A DNA stretch of 64,000 nt from Selaginella moellendorffii. Lineage: Eukaryota > Plantae > Lycopodiophyta. Below are positions 45,664 to 56,606 of the stretch, in pieces (within the stretch, counting starts at the first letter, position 1; each line of letters begins with the position of its first letter). Below the pieces are notes generated by a model. The model saw only the letters and a list, made by a program, of their open reading frames with translations, did not search any database and was not told where the DNA came from. The translations under genes and the position numbers were made by a program. The stretch lies in the NCBI RefSeq assembly GCF_000143415.4, contig NW_003314282.1:1755374-1819373 (forward strand), read 5' to 3'.

Positions 45664-46199
45664 TACGGTTCTAAATTCTTTGATTTATGAAATTCAGCAA
45701 TTTATCAGTGGCAATTGAGGTAAAACATATAGACCGATCAATTCAAAATATAAATTGCTTTGTAATATTATAAAAACACCTTCAAACACATGTATTATTA
45801 TTATATCAACAATGAGTAAATACCAATTGAGTTAGCATTTAAATTGCTTCTCCTCCAACAGTAGCAATGTGAAGTAGCATCTGAGCACTCAGTTAATAGT
45901 TTGGAAGGCCACTACCAAAGGTGCATTGCAGCAGTAGTAAGTAGTAGCGTTTTGTTGTTGTTGGAAAAAAAGTGCAAATTACAAACTTGATCTTTTGATA
46001 ACCACCAAAGAACTGGTATAACTTGGTCAGGAGGTCTTGCACCCTAATTGTTGTGACCAAGTATATTCCAAGGTTCCTGATCAATGTTTCCAGTTCAAAA
46101 GAGCCCGAAACTTTTCTAACTCATGGATCCATCTTTCCATGCCGTCGGGAAATTGTTTTAAACACAAAGAAAGCTATGGTGTGCATCGTCTTCCTCTTC

Positions 46200-46801
46200 T
46201 CAAGTTCGGATAAAAGCTCCAAAACTCTTGAGGTTCCCAAATGCAATCTAAAGGCAGAAAAACAAGAAAAAACATGGCTATCATCGCAAGCTTGGAACCA
46301 AAATCACCTTTTGGAATCTCTGGCTGTCGTCCCGCTCCCATGGAGCCTTGCTAGCACCCACATTCTTGTGTGCCTGTAGAAAAAATGCCGAGATAAGAAG
46401 AAGAAGAAGAAGAGGGAAGCCATAGCCGAGAAGATCACCTGGGCGGGAGCATTGTGGGCGGTCCCAAATGGCGCAGTTTTTGTGGATCCAGCCACCTTGG
46501 CAGCGGCAGATCTTTGCGAGACCACCGGTGGCGCCGCTGGCTTGCCCGACGAATTCGCCCCCTGATTCGCGATCCTCCTGCCACTGCTCGGCTGCTCGAC
46601 TTGATGATCCTTCGCTGGGCGGCTCACCGATTTGCTGGCGGGGGCGGCGGCGTTGCCACTCCCGGAAGATCTCGAGGAGAGTGGAGCTCTGCTGCTGCCG
46701 CCGCTGGGATCTCTGTCCCAGGGCGCTGGATCCGCGTGCTTGCGATTCCTGGGCGGCGGCTGGTTGTGCATCGTTCCAAATGGGGCCTTTGCGGAGGCCA
46801 T
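46200..46801 (-). CDS. Small disordered protein with repeated KAPFGT / APW(D/E)RD motifs
   Basis: MASAKAPFGTMHN..PAPWDRD ... KTAPFGTAHN|..KAPWERD, with in-frame GT-AG introns (about 46376-46438, about 46248-46307). The 3' end is uncertain. Confidence 0.6.
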
Positions 46802-47562
46802 GACACTCCAATCCAAACGATCCTCTTTTCACGCTCGATGCGATGCGATCGCGATCGCGATCGATCGCTTCCTCTTATCTTCTTCCTCTCTCGCAGTGTA
46901 GGTAAGAAGGAACAGAGACACACACAAATGGACAAGGGAGGTATAAAATTCTTTGATGGATGTTTTGGAATGGATCGGGCATGGCTATCGACGGCTGTGG
47001 TCACATGCCGCCGCGCATTCTCCTGCGCTTTAATTTGAAACCTCTCCCGTGGGCTTCTCCTTTTCAGCCGGTGCTCCATTTGAGTTTCCCCCCACGCCAC
47101 TCTTTCCGACCCCACATTATACATACGAACGTGGGCCGATCATCTCCACCACCTTTACACGATGTCTAATCGTTGACTTTAGTACTTAAACTTTAGTTTA
47201 CCTATTTATCTAATGAATGAATATGGAGTAACCGTGATCTCATTATCAAATGTCATGACATCATCGCCTTGCAAGAGTGGCAACTTTGGAGAAGCCATGG
47301 AGGGCAGGAGGATGGAAAATTGATATAATAGTCTGTAAAGCAATGGTTACTCCTTAAGCTACAGTGTTTCATTCTTTGGGAAAAACAGACCGTGTGTGTA
47401 GTTCTCCATGGAGTTTGCTTTCAATCGCTAGTTTGAGACAATTCCGGGAACAACAGGCTGCGTTGTACTTCTCAATGAATTTTGCTTTATATTGCTACTA
47501 ACAAAATATTCTTATTGGTTTTATTCATCTATACATGATAGAGAGTATCTGTCTCCTCTAAT

Positions 47563-47883
47563 CTAGGGATTGAACTTGACCTTCTCTTTGTCTTTTGAAT
47601 CTTCACAATCCATGGACTTCTTCCTGCAAATGTTGATATTGATGTTGATGTTGTTATTGTTGTTATTGTTGTTCCTCCTGTGCTTGCCTTGGCCATGAAC
47701 TCCATCTATATAATTGTCCATCTCTGGAGAATCCATTAGAGAACTGGACACTGGTTCTTTTGCTGATGAATTCTGAACCCCAACACCATTGTCCTTAGAC
47801 AAGAGCTCCCTTCTACTCTGAGAAGACAATGCAATTTGGAAAGTGGCAAATACAAACACTAGAAACACCAAAGCAGTCTTCAT
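47563..47883 (-). CDS. Small secreted Asn/(Ile-Asn)-rich protein, member 1
   Basis: Signal peptide MKTALVFLVFVFATFQIALS; motif GKHRR-N7-INININIC; K/E-rich tail; TATA-like element about 60 nt upstream; paralogues nearby. Confidence 0.75.
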   Translation of the reverse strand: MKTALVFLVFVFATFQIALSSQSRRELLSKDNGVGVQNSSAKEPVSSSLMDSPEMDNYIDGVHGQGKHRRNNNNNNNNINININICRKKSMDCEDSKDKEKVKFNP

Positions 47884-48495
47884 AGCTGTAGCAGTGGCTG
47901 ATCAACGCTTGCAATCAGCACTTGTTGGAGCAAGGAGGCCTTATATTATAGGCCAGCATGCATTTTGGAAAGTTGCCAAGTGCCTCAAAAAACTCCATGC
48001 AATCACGTTGCTTGATATTTTGTATACTCGTCAATGAAATCTGTCCAGAAATGTCAGGATGACCGAATGGTCTAAGGAACGTACTCAAGTTCGAATGCGT
48101 GGGTTCAAATGCCACTTCCAGCATTGAGTTTTTCCAACGAAACTATTACTATCGTTTATTTGCGAAAACCATTACCATGTGCAAGATGATCACTATTCTC
48201 GTCAGTTCCCGGCAGAGGTTAGCGGGCGTTCCTGGATCCAGATGTGAGTACAGCAAGAAGGCCCCCTCAGTGGCAAAACAAAAGGTTCAAGACTTTGGAT
48301 TCCCATCTCCACCTGTTCTGCTCAGAAGGCTCAGGACATAATGCTAGAGCCGAGCAGATCAATCCACATCGAGATGACGCACTGCGAAAGCTCTCGACAC
48401 AGATAGAAAGGAGTGCTAGAGAAGTTTGTTCTGGAGTGCAAAAATGGTGTGAAACATACTATTTTATTGCAAGAAACTCTACAAATAACAAGTTT

Positions 48496-48831
48496 CTAAG
48501 GATAAGTCTTCTTTTCCTTCTCCTTCTCCTCCTCACGTTTGTGATCCATAGACTCGTTCTTGCAGAAGTTGATGTTGATGTTGATGTTGTTGTTGTTATT
48601 ATTCTTGCCCTTCCTGTGCTTGCCTAGACCGTCACCCCGTTTCTGGTTCTCATAATCATCATCCTTCTGTGGGAAATCCTCAAAGACTTCGACATCAACA
48701 TCATCAGCATCCAAATCCTCAAAGATATCTACATCAACATCATCTGCATCCAAACCCCTTCCACTCGAAGTAGACAGTACAATGTGGAATGTGGCGAACA
48801 CAAAGATGAGAAACACCAAAGAAGCCTTCAT
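48496..48831 (-). CDS. Small secreted Asn/(Ile-Asn)-rich protein, member 2
   Basis: MKASLVFLIFVFATFHIVLS signal; duplicated DADDVDV(D/E)(I/V)FED; GKHRKGK-N6-ININININFC; K/E tail ending YP. Confidence 0.75.
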   Translation of the reverse strand: MKASLVFLIFVFATFHIVLSTSSGRGLDADDVDVDIFEDLDADDVDVEVFEDFPQKDDDYENQKRGDGLGKHRKGKNNNNNNINININFCKNESMDHKREEEKEKEKKTYP

Positions 48832-49265
48832 GATGTGTAATAGCAATATGCCCAAATGTGATTGATAATTGGATCTTGGAGAGGCTTTATATTAACATCT
48901 AGAATGCATGCCTATCAGCCAAGTGTTAATTCCATGCAAAAGCATCAGTAGTATTGTAATTTAAAAGGTAAATTGAATTAGTATCTAAATATAGTCTCCT
49001 CTCGTCAGGACATTAAAATCTAAACTAAAGTGGAAGAAATTCATCTGAAAGGAGCTAAAAGTAATTGATATGGATATGTTGAGAGAGAGAGAAAGCTACT
49101 AAAGTTTTCTAATGTTTTCTGGGACTCTCAATCAATCACTCAAAGTCCGCCATCTTCTTCTCTCCAAAAGTATGCAACGGCTGGAGAAGTTAACGTGATA
49201 AATATATCTAGCACCTGATGAAAAAAGTAGAAAGTAAATTATTTTTTATGAAACTACCTTGCTTA

Positions 49266-51546
49266 TTAGATATATCTAGTCTCCAAAAGCTCTGATACAC
49301 GTCTGGAAGGAAGTCTCGATCCATCCCAAGATGAAACAGCAAGAAACTCTCCCTGAATCTGTACGCTAGAAAAAGCACAAGTTTGAGGAGAAACCACAGC
49401 CTCCAAAACTTCCTCGAGAGTTTTGGCGACATGCGACATGGACGGCCTCTCCTTCCCACTGACTTTGGTACACTCCAGCGCCAACTTCACTGCACGATAG
49501 AGTGGCTCCGGCTCCAAAGGCACTGCAAGTCTAGCATCCAACACCGAGCTCCACTCGTCACGTTCCACCAGATCGAGCACCCAAGCAACCAGACTCTGGA
49601 TCTCTCTTGACAGATCGATTGGCTTTTGACCAGACATGAGCTCGAGAAGAACCACTCCAAAGCTGTAGACGTCGCTTGTGGTTGTGAGTTGGGAGGAGTT
49701 CCCATACTCAGGATCCAAGTAACCGGGAGTTCCAACGATCGTCAAATTGCTCAGGTGTGTTGCATTGTCTTGAGGACCGCACACCGATAGCCCAAAGTTT
49801 GATACTTTCGCGTTCCAGTCGCAATCCAGGAGGATGTTTGACGATTTCACGTCCCTGTGGGTGACGCTGGGCGATACATACCTGTGGAGGTACTCGAGGC
49901 CTCGGGCAGCTTGTGCCGAGATTTTGATCCTTGTTGTCCATTCCAGTGAATTGGAAGAATACAAGTTGTCGTGTAGGGTGCCTCTAGACATGAATTCGAA
50001 GACCAGGAGCTTCTCTTGCTCGCAGTATCCGATTAAGTTTAGGACGCAAGAGTGGTGTGTTCTGGCAAGAAGTTTTAGCTCCTTTCTAAACATTTCACCA
50101 GACCTGTTTTTTTATATTTAAAGAAAAGGAAGTAAATACTAAAATACTGAAGATAAATAAATACCTTGTACAGGCCTTTGCTTGTTTGATAGCAACTTGA
50201 CAACCATTGTGAAGAACTCCTTTATACACTGTTGCAAATGAACCTTTTCCCAATATTGAGTCATCACAATAATTGTTCGTGGCTGCTTGTAGCTCAGACG
50301 CCGAAAAACATATAACTCCATGCCCAGAAATCTTTCCAAACTTTGCAGCTCCACATTTCAAATACACCAAAATTCCCACAGCCGCAGCTCCAAAACAAGT
50401 TACATACAACACAAACATAATCCTCCTCCAGCTCTTTGATATCTCATCTCCACTAGTAATATCCAATTTGCCACATTTTCTGTCGAAGCTATCTCCACAA
50501 GGAGAGATCTCTACGTTGTCGCCAACACAAATGGAGCAGTCCAAACACACTTTGTCAGAGAGTGAGGGGCAAGATGTACTTCCATGCAGCTCGTATTGGT
50601 TTTTCCCACACCTGCTTGTGCAAACTCCCTGGCTCGCATTGAAGTCTTCGTTCTTCAATACACCAGAGTTTCCCCAACACACGATCTTCATAGCCCTGTC
50701 CAGCCTCACACCACAAGTGTAGAAATCACCAGCTGAAATGGCTGAAAAGGTGGCGTTCTCCGGAACTCGAAGTTGCGCAAACCTGTTATCTCCCCAGCAT
50801 ACGGCTTGGTGATTGTCTGCACGCACTCCACAAGTATGGCGGAATCCTCCAGTTATGTAAGAAAACTTGAGACCAGGAGGAGGAATTGCAGGACTGGGAT
50901 TGCTCTTTTCACCTCCCCAGCAGAGAGTTTCTCCTGCTTGAGCTGTTATTCCACAAACTACATATGCTCCAGCAAACAAAGCCATGAACTTCTTATCATT
51001 TGCTGGTTTTGGGATTGCACCTGGCACTTCTCCCCAGCATGCTGTTGCTCCATCTAGTGTCAGGCCACAGGAGAAACCACTTCCAGATGAGATCGACACG
51101 AAGGCTTGGTTTGGAACAGTAGAAGAGTTTATACTCCCCCAGCAGTCGGCTCTATTGTCGTAGCTTCGTATTGCACACGCATGGCTTGCACCACTGCTTA
51201 TGGCTGTATAGCTAACATTTAGAAAACTTTGTGGAGCTTCGAGACTGCCCCAGCATATTGGAAAATGATTGCCATACTCCAGCCCACATACAAATTTCCC
51301 TCCAGAGGATATGGTGACTAGTTGCTTGACTTGGGGTTGTTCGTGTGTGCGAATGGATCCAAAACAAACGGGTGCCATGGTTTCAGCTTGTAAAATACAT
51401 ACCAAGTAAGAACCTGTATTTTTTGGAGTGAAATAGCTGAGAGTCCACAGTGAACCTAGCGTGGTCATGTAGCCAAAGCTTGCTGCAAGATGCAAGTAAT
51501 TAAGCTCTACAATCGATAATAGCAACACTGTGATATGGAGAGACAT
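49266..51546 (-). CDS. CRINKLY4-related receptor-like kinase (crinkly/RCC1-like repeats, TNFR-like Cys region, TM, kinase)
   Basis: Repeats ISSGGKFVCGL, AISSGASHACAI, SISSGSGFSCGL, ITGGFRHTCGV, AISAGDFYTCGV; Cys-rich region; TM; GKGSFATV, VAIK, HRDVKSSN, NFG, GTPGYLDPEY. Intron 50104-50164 restores the frame. The start ATG (51546 or 51621) is uncertain. Confidence 0.88.
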
Positions 51547-52464
51547 TCTTGTGGAAGCATGATAATAGAGATCTTTTGAAGGAAAAGCGTTCAACAAACA
51601 AAATACTCTTCTACGGATCATAGTCCTCCTGTGAGTTCGAGAAGTTTTTACTTTGTCTTTTCTTATACAGAACAAAGTTTGAAAATGGCCAAGTTTGGAA
51701 TTATGGATACATCCATTGACTCCTTCGGGAGGCACACCTGCCGCTGTGATACCAATCTCCCGATCGTTTACTTGTAGTGGTGACGGATTAACGGCTGAAT
51801 ACTTGTTAGAGGCAGGAGGCCTTATATTATAAAAAGGTCTATCCAGCATGCATTTTAAAAGTTTTAAAAACTCCATGTAATCACGAATAAAGGATTTTCT
51901 AAACTTCAATAATAAATGTCAGGGTGGCCGACCGGTCTTAGGAGCGGACTCAAGTTCTGCTCCTCTTTAGAATGAATGGGTTCAAATGCCACTTCCGACA
52001 TCAAGTTTTTCCAAGCCAAGTACTCTAAATTATGAAAAGCATCACCATGCACCACACCGAGAAAACTTACGTGCAGATTAGGTCCCGGCAGAGGCTTTTG
52101 GTTAGAAGCGGGCATTCCTGGACCAAGTCGAGGAGGAACACCCTCCAGCTGTGTGAGCACAACAAGACGGCCCTCTCAGTAGGCCGATAAAACAAGAGGT
52201 AGGCTGCAGCAGAAGTCTCTGGACATTTATGCTAGAGCCCAGCAGATCGGGTTCCACATTGAGGTTTCCATTGCGCCAAAACACGCAGGATACTGTACAC
52301 CGAAGTCGAGACTGTTCAAGGCAGCTCGCGGTGAGCCAATAGACTTAAATCAGAGGATGCACGGCAAAAGCTTTTACAAGCCAGAAGGGAATACTAACGA
52401 AGCTTTCTGGAATGCCTGAGATGCGGAATTGGTGTGGCAAGGAGCTCGTACAAATGCCAAAGTC

Positions 52465-52755
52465 TTAAGGATAATTCTTCTTTTCCTTCTCCTTCTCCTC
52501 CTTGTGTTTGTATCCATAAACTTGTTCTTGCAGATGTTGATGTTGATATTGATGTTGTTGTTGTTCTTGCCCTTCCTGTGATTTCACTCCATTGATCGTT
52601 CTCATGACCATCATCCATCTGTGGAGAATCCTCAAAGACTTCAACATCAACATCATCCCTAGAAAATCCTGAAAGATATCTATATCAACCCCAAACCCCT
52701 TCCACTTCTGGAAAGTGGCAAACACAAAGACGAGAAGCACCAAAGAAGACTTCAT
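52465..52755 (-). pseudogene. Frameshifted third member of the small secreted protein family
   Basis: DNA closely follows member 2. Indels shift the frame repeatedly (the N/IN tract reads QQQHQYQHQH), yet the same ATG and stop are used. Confidence 0.7.
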
Positions 52756-52932
52756 GATGTGTAGTAGGAATGGCTTGAATTGTGCCCAAAAATGTAATTG
52801 ATAAAATTGGAGCTTGGAGAAGCCTTACATTAACATCCAGGATGCATGCCTGCTCGGCTAATTCCATGCAAAAGCATCAGTGGTAGAAAAAATATTAACT
52901 CTATTTTGATATTTATGTTTTAACAATTTTAA

Positions 52933-54642
52933 TCAGCTAGTGTTGATTAATCCTCCAATGACTGTACACCTTTCAAGAGAATTTGGAGCAAAAGGCATAT
53001 TAGCAAGTAAATCTCGTGCATCATCTAAATGTCCAGCACGGCTCAAGATATCTAGCATGCAACTATAGTGCTGTTTATTAGGTGTCAAACCATAATCAAT
53101 ACTAATCGAAGCAAACCTCTGTTTCCCAACTCCAACTTTCCCTGAGTGGCTACAAGCCAGGAAAAACATCACAAAGCAAGCAAGATCAAGCTCATGAACC
53201 ATTGCTGCAGTGTGAAAAACAAAAAATGCCTCTTCATAGTGCCCGTTTTGTGCATATGCCGCTAACAACGCTCCCCAAGTCACAAGATTGTGCTCTGGGA
53301 CTGCATCAAAAAAATTTTGAGCTAATTTGGGGCGTTTGTGAAGAGAATAGACCGAGAGCATTGTGTTCCAAGACACAGAATTATGCTCGGGCATTGTCTC
53401 AAAGACATCCTTTGCTTCTTCCAGATGCCAGTTTTGGGAATATGCCGACAACATGGCATTCCAGGTGTAGGTGTCATGCTCTGGCATCCAATCAAACAAG
53501 TGCTTAGATTCCTCAAGATGCCCCTTAAAGGCATATGCTCGGAGCATAGCAGTCCAGCACACCACATCCCTCACGTAAGAAGTATCAAAGAGGAATCTAG
53601 CCGCATTTATGTCCCCGTGACGGGAGTATGCCACCATCATAGCGCTTACTAACACCAAATCCCACTCGGGCATATCCTGGAGAATATCTTTTGCCTGCTG
53701 GAGATGCCCTTCCTGGGCATATGCATTTAGCATGGCCGTACAGGATACGAGGTTGTGGAAGGGCATTTCGCTGGTAAAGATGCGCTTGGCATCTCTCAGA
53801 TTCCCGCGCTGGCCGTACACGAACAGCATTGCGCCGTACGAGACGAGGTCACGCTGGGGCATCTGGGCGAAGATGTGCTCGGCATCTTGGATATTCTGGG
53901 AGCACGAGGAGAGCATGATGTTCCAGGACAATAGATCCCTCTCGGGCATCTTCTCAAACGTGTTGGCCACATTGGAATCTTCCCCGGCTTTGGCATATGC
54001 GTCAAGCATGGAGTTCCAAGATGCCAGATTCCTCCATGGGGTGGCCTGGAATATATGTACGGCCTCTCTCAGTGAGCCGTTGCTGGCGAACGCAACCAGT
54101 ACGGTCGTTAGGGTGATAGAGTCTCGCTCGGGCATATTCTCAAATAGGTATTGTACGGAATGAACATGCCCGGCTTGGGCATATGCTTGGATCATGGTGT
54201 TCCAAGAGACGAGGCTGTGGAGTGGCATAGCCGCGAAGATGGCGGCAGCGCTGGAGATACGCGGGATCTGTGCGTATGCGTGGAGCATCGCATTGGAGGA
54301 GAGGAGATTCCTCTCGGGCAATCGCGAGTAGAAGGCTTCCGCGCTGTGGATTTGCCCACTTTGGGCGTATGCCGCGAGCATCGCGTTGAGCGCCACTTGA
54401 TCCCATCCGGGCATGGCGTGGAAGAGATCTTCGGCATCGCGCAGCCGCCCGCCCCGCCCCAGCCCCGCCAGCATCGAGGTATACGAGACGAGATCTCGAT
54501 CTCTGCGCGGCATGGAATCGAAGACTCTCTTCGCGTCGCGCAATCGCCCATCGCGGAGATGGGCGGCGAGAATGGAGTCCAATTCGCGGGATGGATCGAT
54601 CGAGCATCCCTGCGAGCTCATGCGATCATGGATCAATCGCAA
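52933..54642 (-). CDS. PLS-class PPR protein, E domain truncated
   Basis: Long intronless ORF of 31-aa repeats ending HYSCMLDILSRAGHLDDARDLLANMPF. First ATG at 54621. Confidence 0.88.
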   Translation of the reverse strand: MRLIHDRMSSQGCSIDPSRELDSILAAHLRDGRLRDAKRVFDSMPRRDRDLVSYTSMLAGLGRGGRLRDAEDLFHAMPGWDQVALNAMLAAYAQSGQIHSAEAFYSRLPERNLLSSNAMLHAYAQIPRISSAAAIFAAMPLHSLVSWNTMIQAYAQAGHVHSVQYLFENMPERDSITLTTVLVAFASNGSLREAVHIFQATPWRNLASWNSMLDAYAKAGEDSNVANTFEKMPERDLLSWNIMLSSCSQNIQDAEHIFAQMPQRDLVSYGAMLFVYGQRGNLRDAKRIFTSEMPFHNLVSCTAMLNAYAQEGHLQQAKDILQDMPEWDLVLVSAMMVAYSRHGDINAARFLFDTSYVRDVVCWTAMLRAYAFKGHLEESKHLFDWMPEHDTYTWNAMLSAYSQNWHLEEAKDVFETMPEHNSVSWNTMLSVYSLHKRPKLAQNFFDAVPEHNLVTWGALLAAYAQNGHYEEAFFVFHTAAMVHELDLACFVMFFLACSHSGKVGVGKQRFASISIDYGLTPNKQHYSCMLDILSRAGHLDDARDLLANMPFAPNSLERCTVIGGLINTS

Positions 54643-55915
54643 TTAATCGATGAATCGATCGGTACCAAACTTCCAACCACCGAGACTAGGCTGGAAATCG
54701 ATGGGGTGGGCCACGAGAATGAATGGAATTGGTTGGAGAGATCTATCCCTCTCGCGGCCGGGGGGAGAGGAAGAAAAAGAGAAATTGGGGAAGAACACAC
54801 ATTAAAGGCTTATTGGTTTGGTTCTTGACTCCCATAGCCAGCCAGCCAGCACGACTGTTGGATCCAGGCCAGCAGCAGCAGCAGCGATGGATGCGAGCAG
54901 TGATTGCGAGGAAATCGGATGAGCCATCAGCGTCAGTTAGTTCGATGATCACAAACACCCACGTACAAACACACCATCGCCATTGATTGATTGCTTTTCT
55001 TCCCTGGGCCAGTTCTTAATTTCCATCCTAGAGATCACCATCACTCGGCAGCTGGTAAGTTGTCGATCGATCGGATCGGATCGGACCAGAAAAACATCAG
55101 CGATCGAGTGACTAGAGAGCTCTGCTCTCCCCTTTCCAATCAGCTGGAACTAAATCTCATTAGACGATCAACCAGCGAAAGTTTGAAAGGAATCGATTGA
55201 TTGGCGATGCAACCACCGTGGTGGCAGTGGAATTTGGGCGGTTGATCCGATCCCACACCGACCGAGCATTCAAAGAGTTTACGCGAGCGCGTTTTGGATT
55301 TGGAAAACTTTGCCGCGCTATTACTTAGTGACTGACACGCTCCGAGCCCCGTGCAGCATTGCAGTAGCCGGCAGCATTAAAAAGAAGAAGAGCTCGGCTC
55401 TTCTCGGACTGTCCGAGCTCTCGGACCTCGGAGTCCACCTCGGACTCTCTTCTTAGTTATAAAAAGAGTGCTCTTTTAAACAATCAAGGAAAGTTACGAG
55501 GTTGCCCCCCGGATTGCCCGTGTGGCCAGCCAACCAGATTGTCTGGCAGTAACCAAAAAAAAAAAAAAGAAAAAAGAAAGAAAAACTACTAAACTACCAC
55601 CACTTACCACCTTTGCAAGCTTTTCACTATTATTACTAGACCAGGGCTTTGAGTGATGATCTTGCACAGGAGAATTTCCAGAGAGGAAAGAAAAGAAAAA
55701 CCAATGTTTTGATGTTTGTGTAGGATGAGTTGATTGATCATTCATAGGAGCTCCTCATTCTATTGTTTCTTGTTCCTGGGGATTCACCATAAGAGCTGGG
55801 GGAGCTGAGGGTGAAAAGCTGATCATAGGGAAATGCAAATAGAAGAAAATTCTCTTGAAATTTTCAATGTGATGAATTCTAGAGTTGGAGGGATTGGTTG
55901 CATTTTGTTTGATGA

Positions 55916-56116
55916 GTTAGGTTGGTTGGGTAGCTCGCTCCATAAATGAGTGAGAGTTGTGAAGGAGGAGGAGGAGGATCTTCCTTGATGACTTCTGGTT
56001 GCACAAGCGAAGTTCAGAGAGGGCAGCAAGCCAGGCAGCCAGGCAAGCCAGCCAGCCAGCCAGCAGCAAAATTTAACTACCAAATAAAGGAAGAAAAAAG
56101 AGGAAAACCACCAACC
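55916..56116. promoter_or_regulatory. MYB AC-like elements upstream of the BAHD gene
   Basis: GTTAGGT (AC-III, reverse complement) at 55916, GGTTGGT (AC-II, reverse complement) at 55920, ACCAACC at 56110. Confidence 0.35.
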
Positions 56117-56606
56117 AGAGCAAAATTTCTTCCTCCTCCACTGCTGCTGGTGCTGCTGGTGTTGAAATTCTGTGTGTTTTGTTGGAGGATGGCAAGAGGT
56201 TTTTTTTAAGTGATCTTGGTTGGCTTTACCTAGTTTCTTCTCCTTGTTCCTCTGCTCAAAGTCTCTCATTGTGTGAGGCGAGAAGAAGCGAAGTTTCTTC
56301 TTCTTCTTCTTCGTCTTGTTGGTGGAGACGGTGCTTTGATTTGTTAAAGACAAGAGTTGAGAGGAACCGCAACAAATAAAAAGAGAGAGCTTTGGCATTG
56401 GCTTGGCCACATGGGCCATTAACAGCTCACAAGGAATTAGGAAAGCTTTCCCGCTTTGCTTTATATCTCCCCAGGCGCAAAGCTTTCTTCCCGAGCAGGG
56501 CAGAGGAACAACCTTTGAGAGGGCGAGGGCGCTTCTTCCCACGAACAAAAATCGCTTTTTTTTCCTCTCCTTCTCGTCGATCTCTTCCTGTCAATCTTTC
56601 TTCGCA

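Larger units (their letters stand above)
47915..52886. repeat. Diverged duplication of about 1 kb: block A (about 47915-48955) and block B (about 51797-52886), flanking the receptor kinase
   Basis: Shared segments ggaggccttatattata..ccagcatgcatttt, gggttcaaatgccacttcc, atgctagagcc.agcagatc, the peptide gene, and attccatgcaaaagcatcagt. Confidence 0.88.

Noticed and set aside
51547-51909. N-terminal 120 aa of the 604-aa ORF
   Set aside because: Non-ATG start running through duplicated promoter DNA, including the TATA element; the signal-peptide-like segment starts at 51546.
55081-56050. Partial miRNA-like matches (tcggaccag like miR166; tgcctggct on the minus strand like miR160)
   Set aside because: Only about 9 nt match, and no star strand or hairpin is evident.
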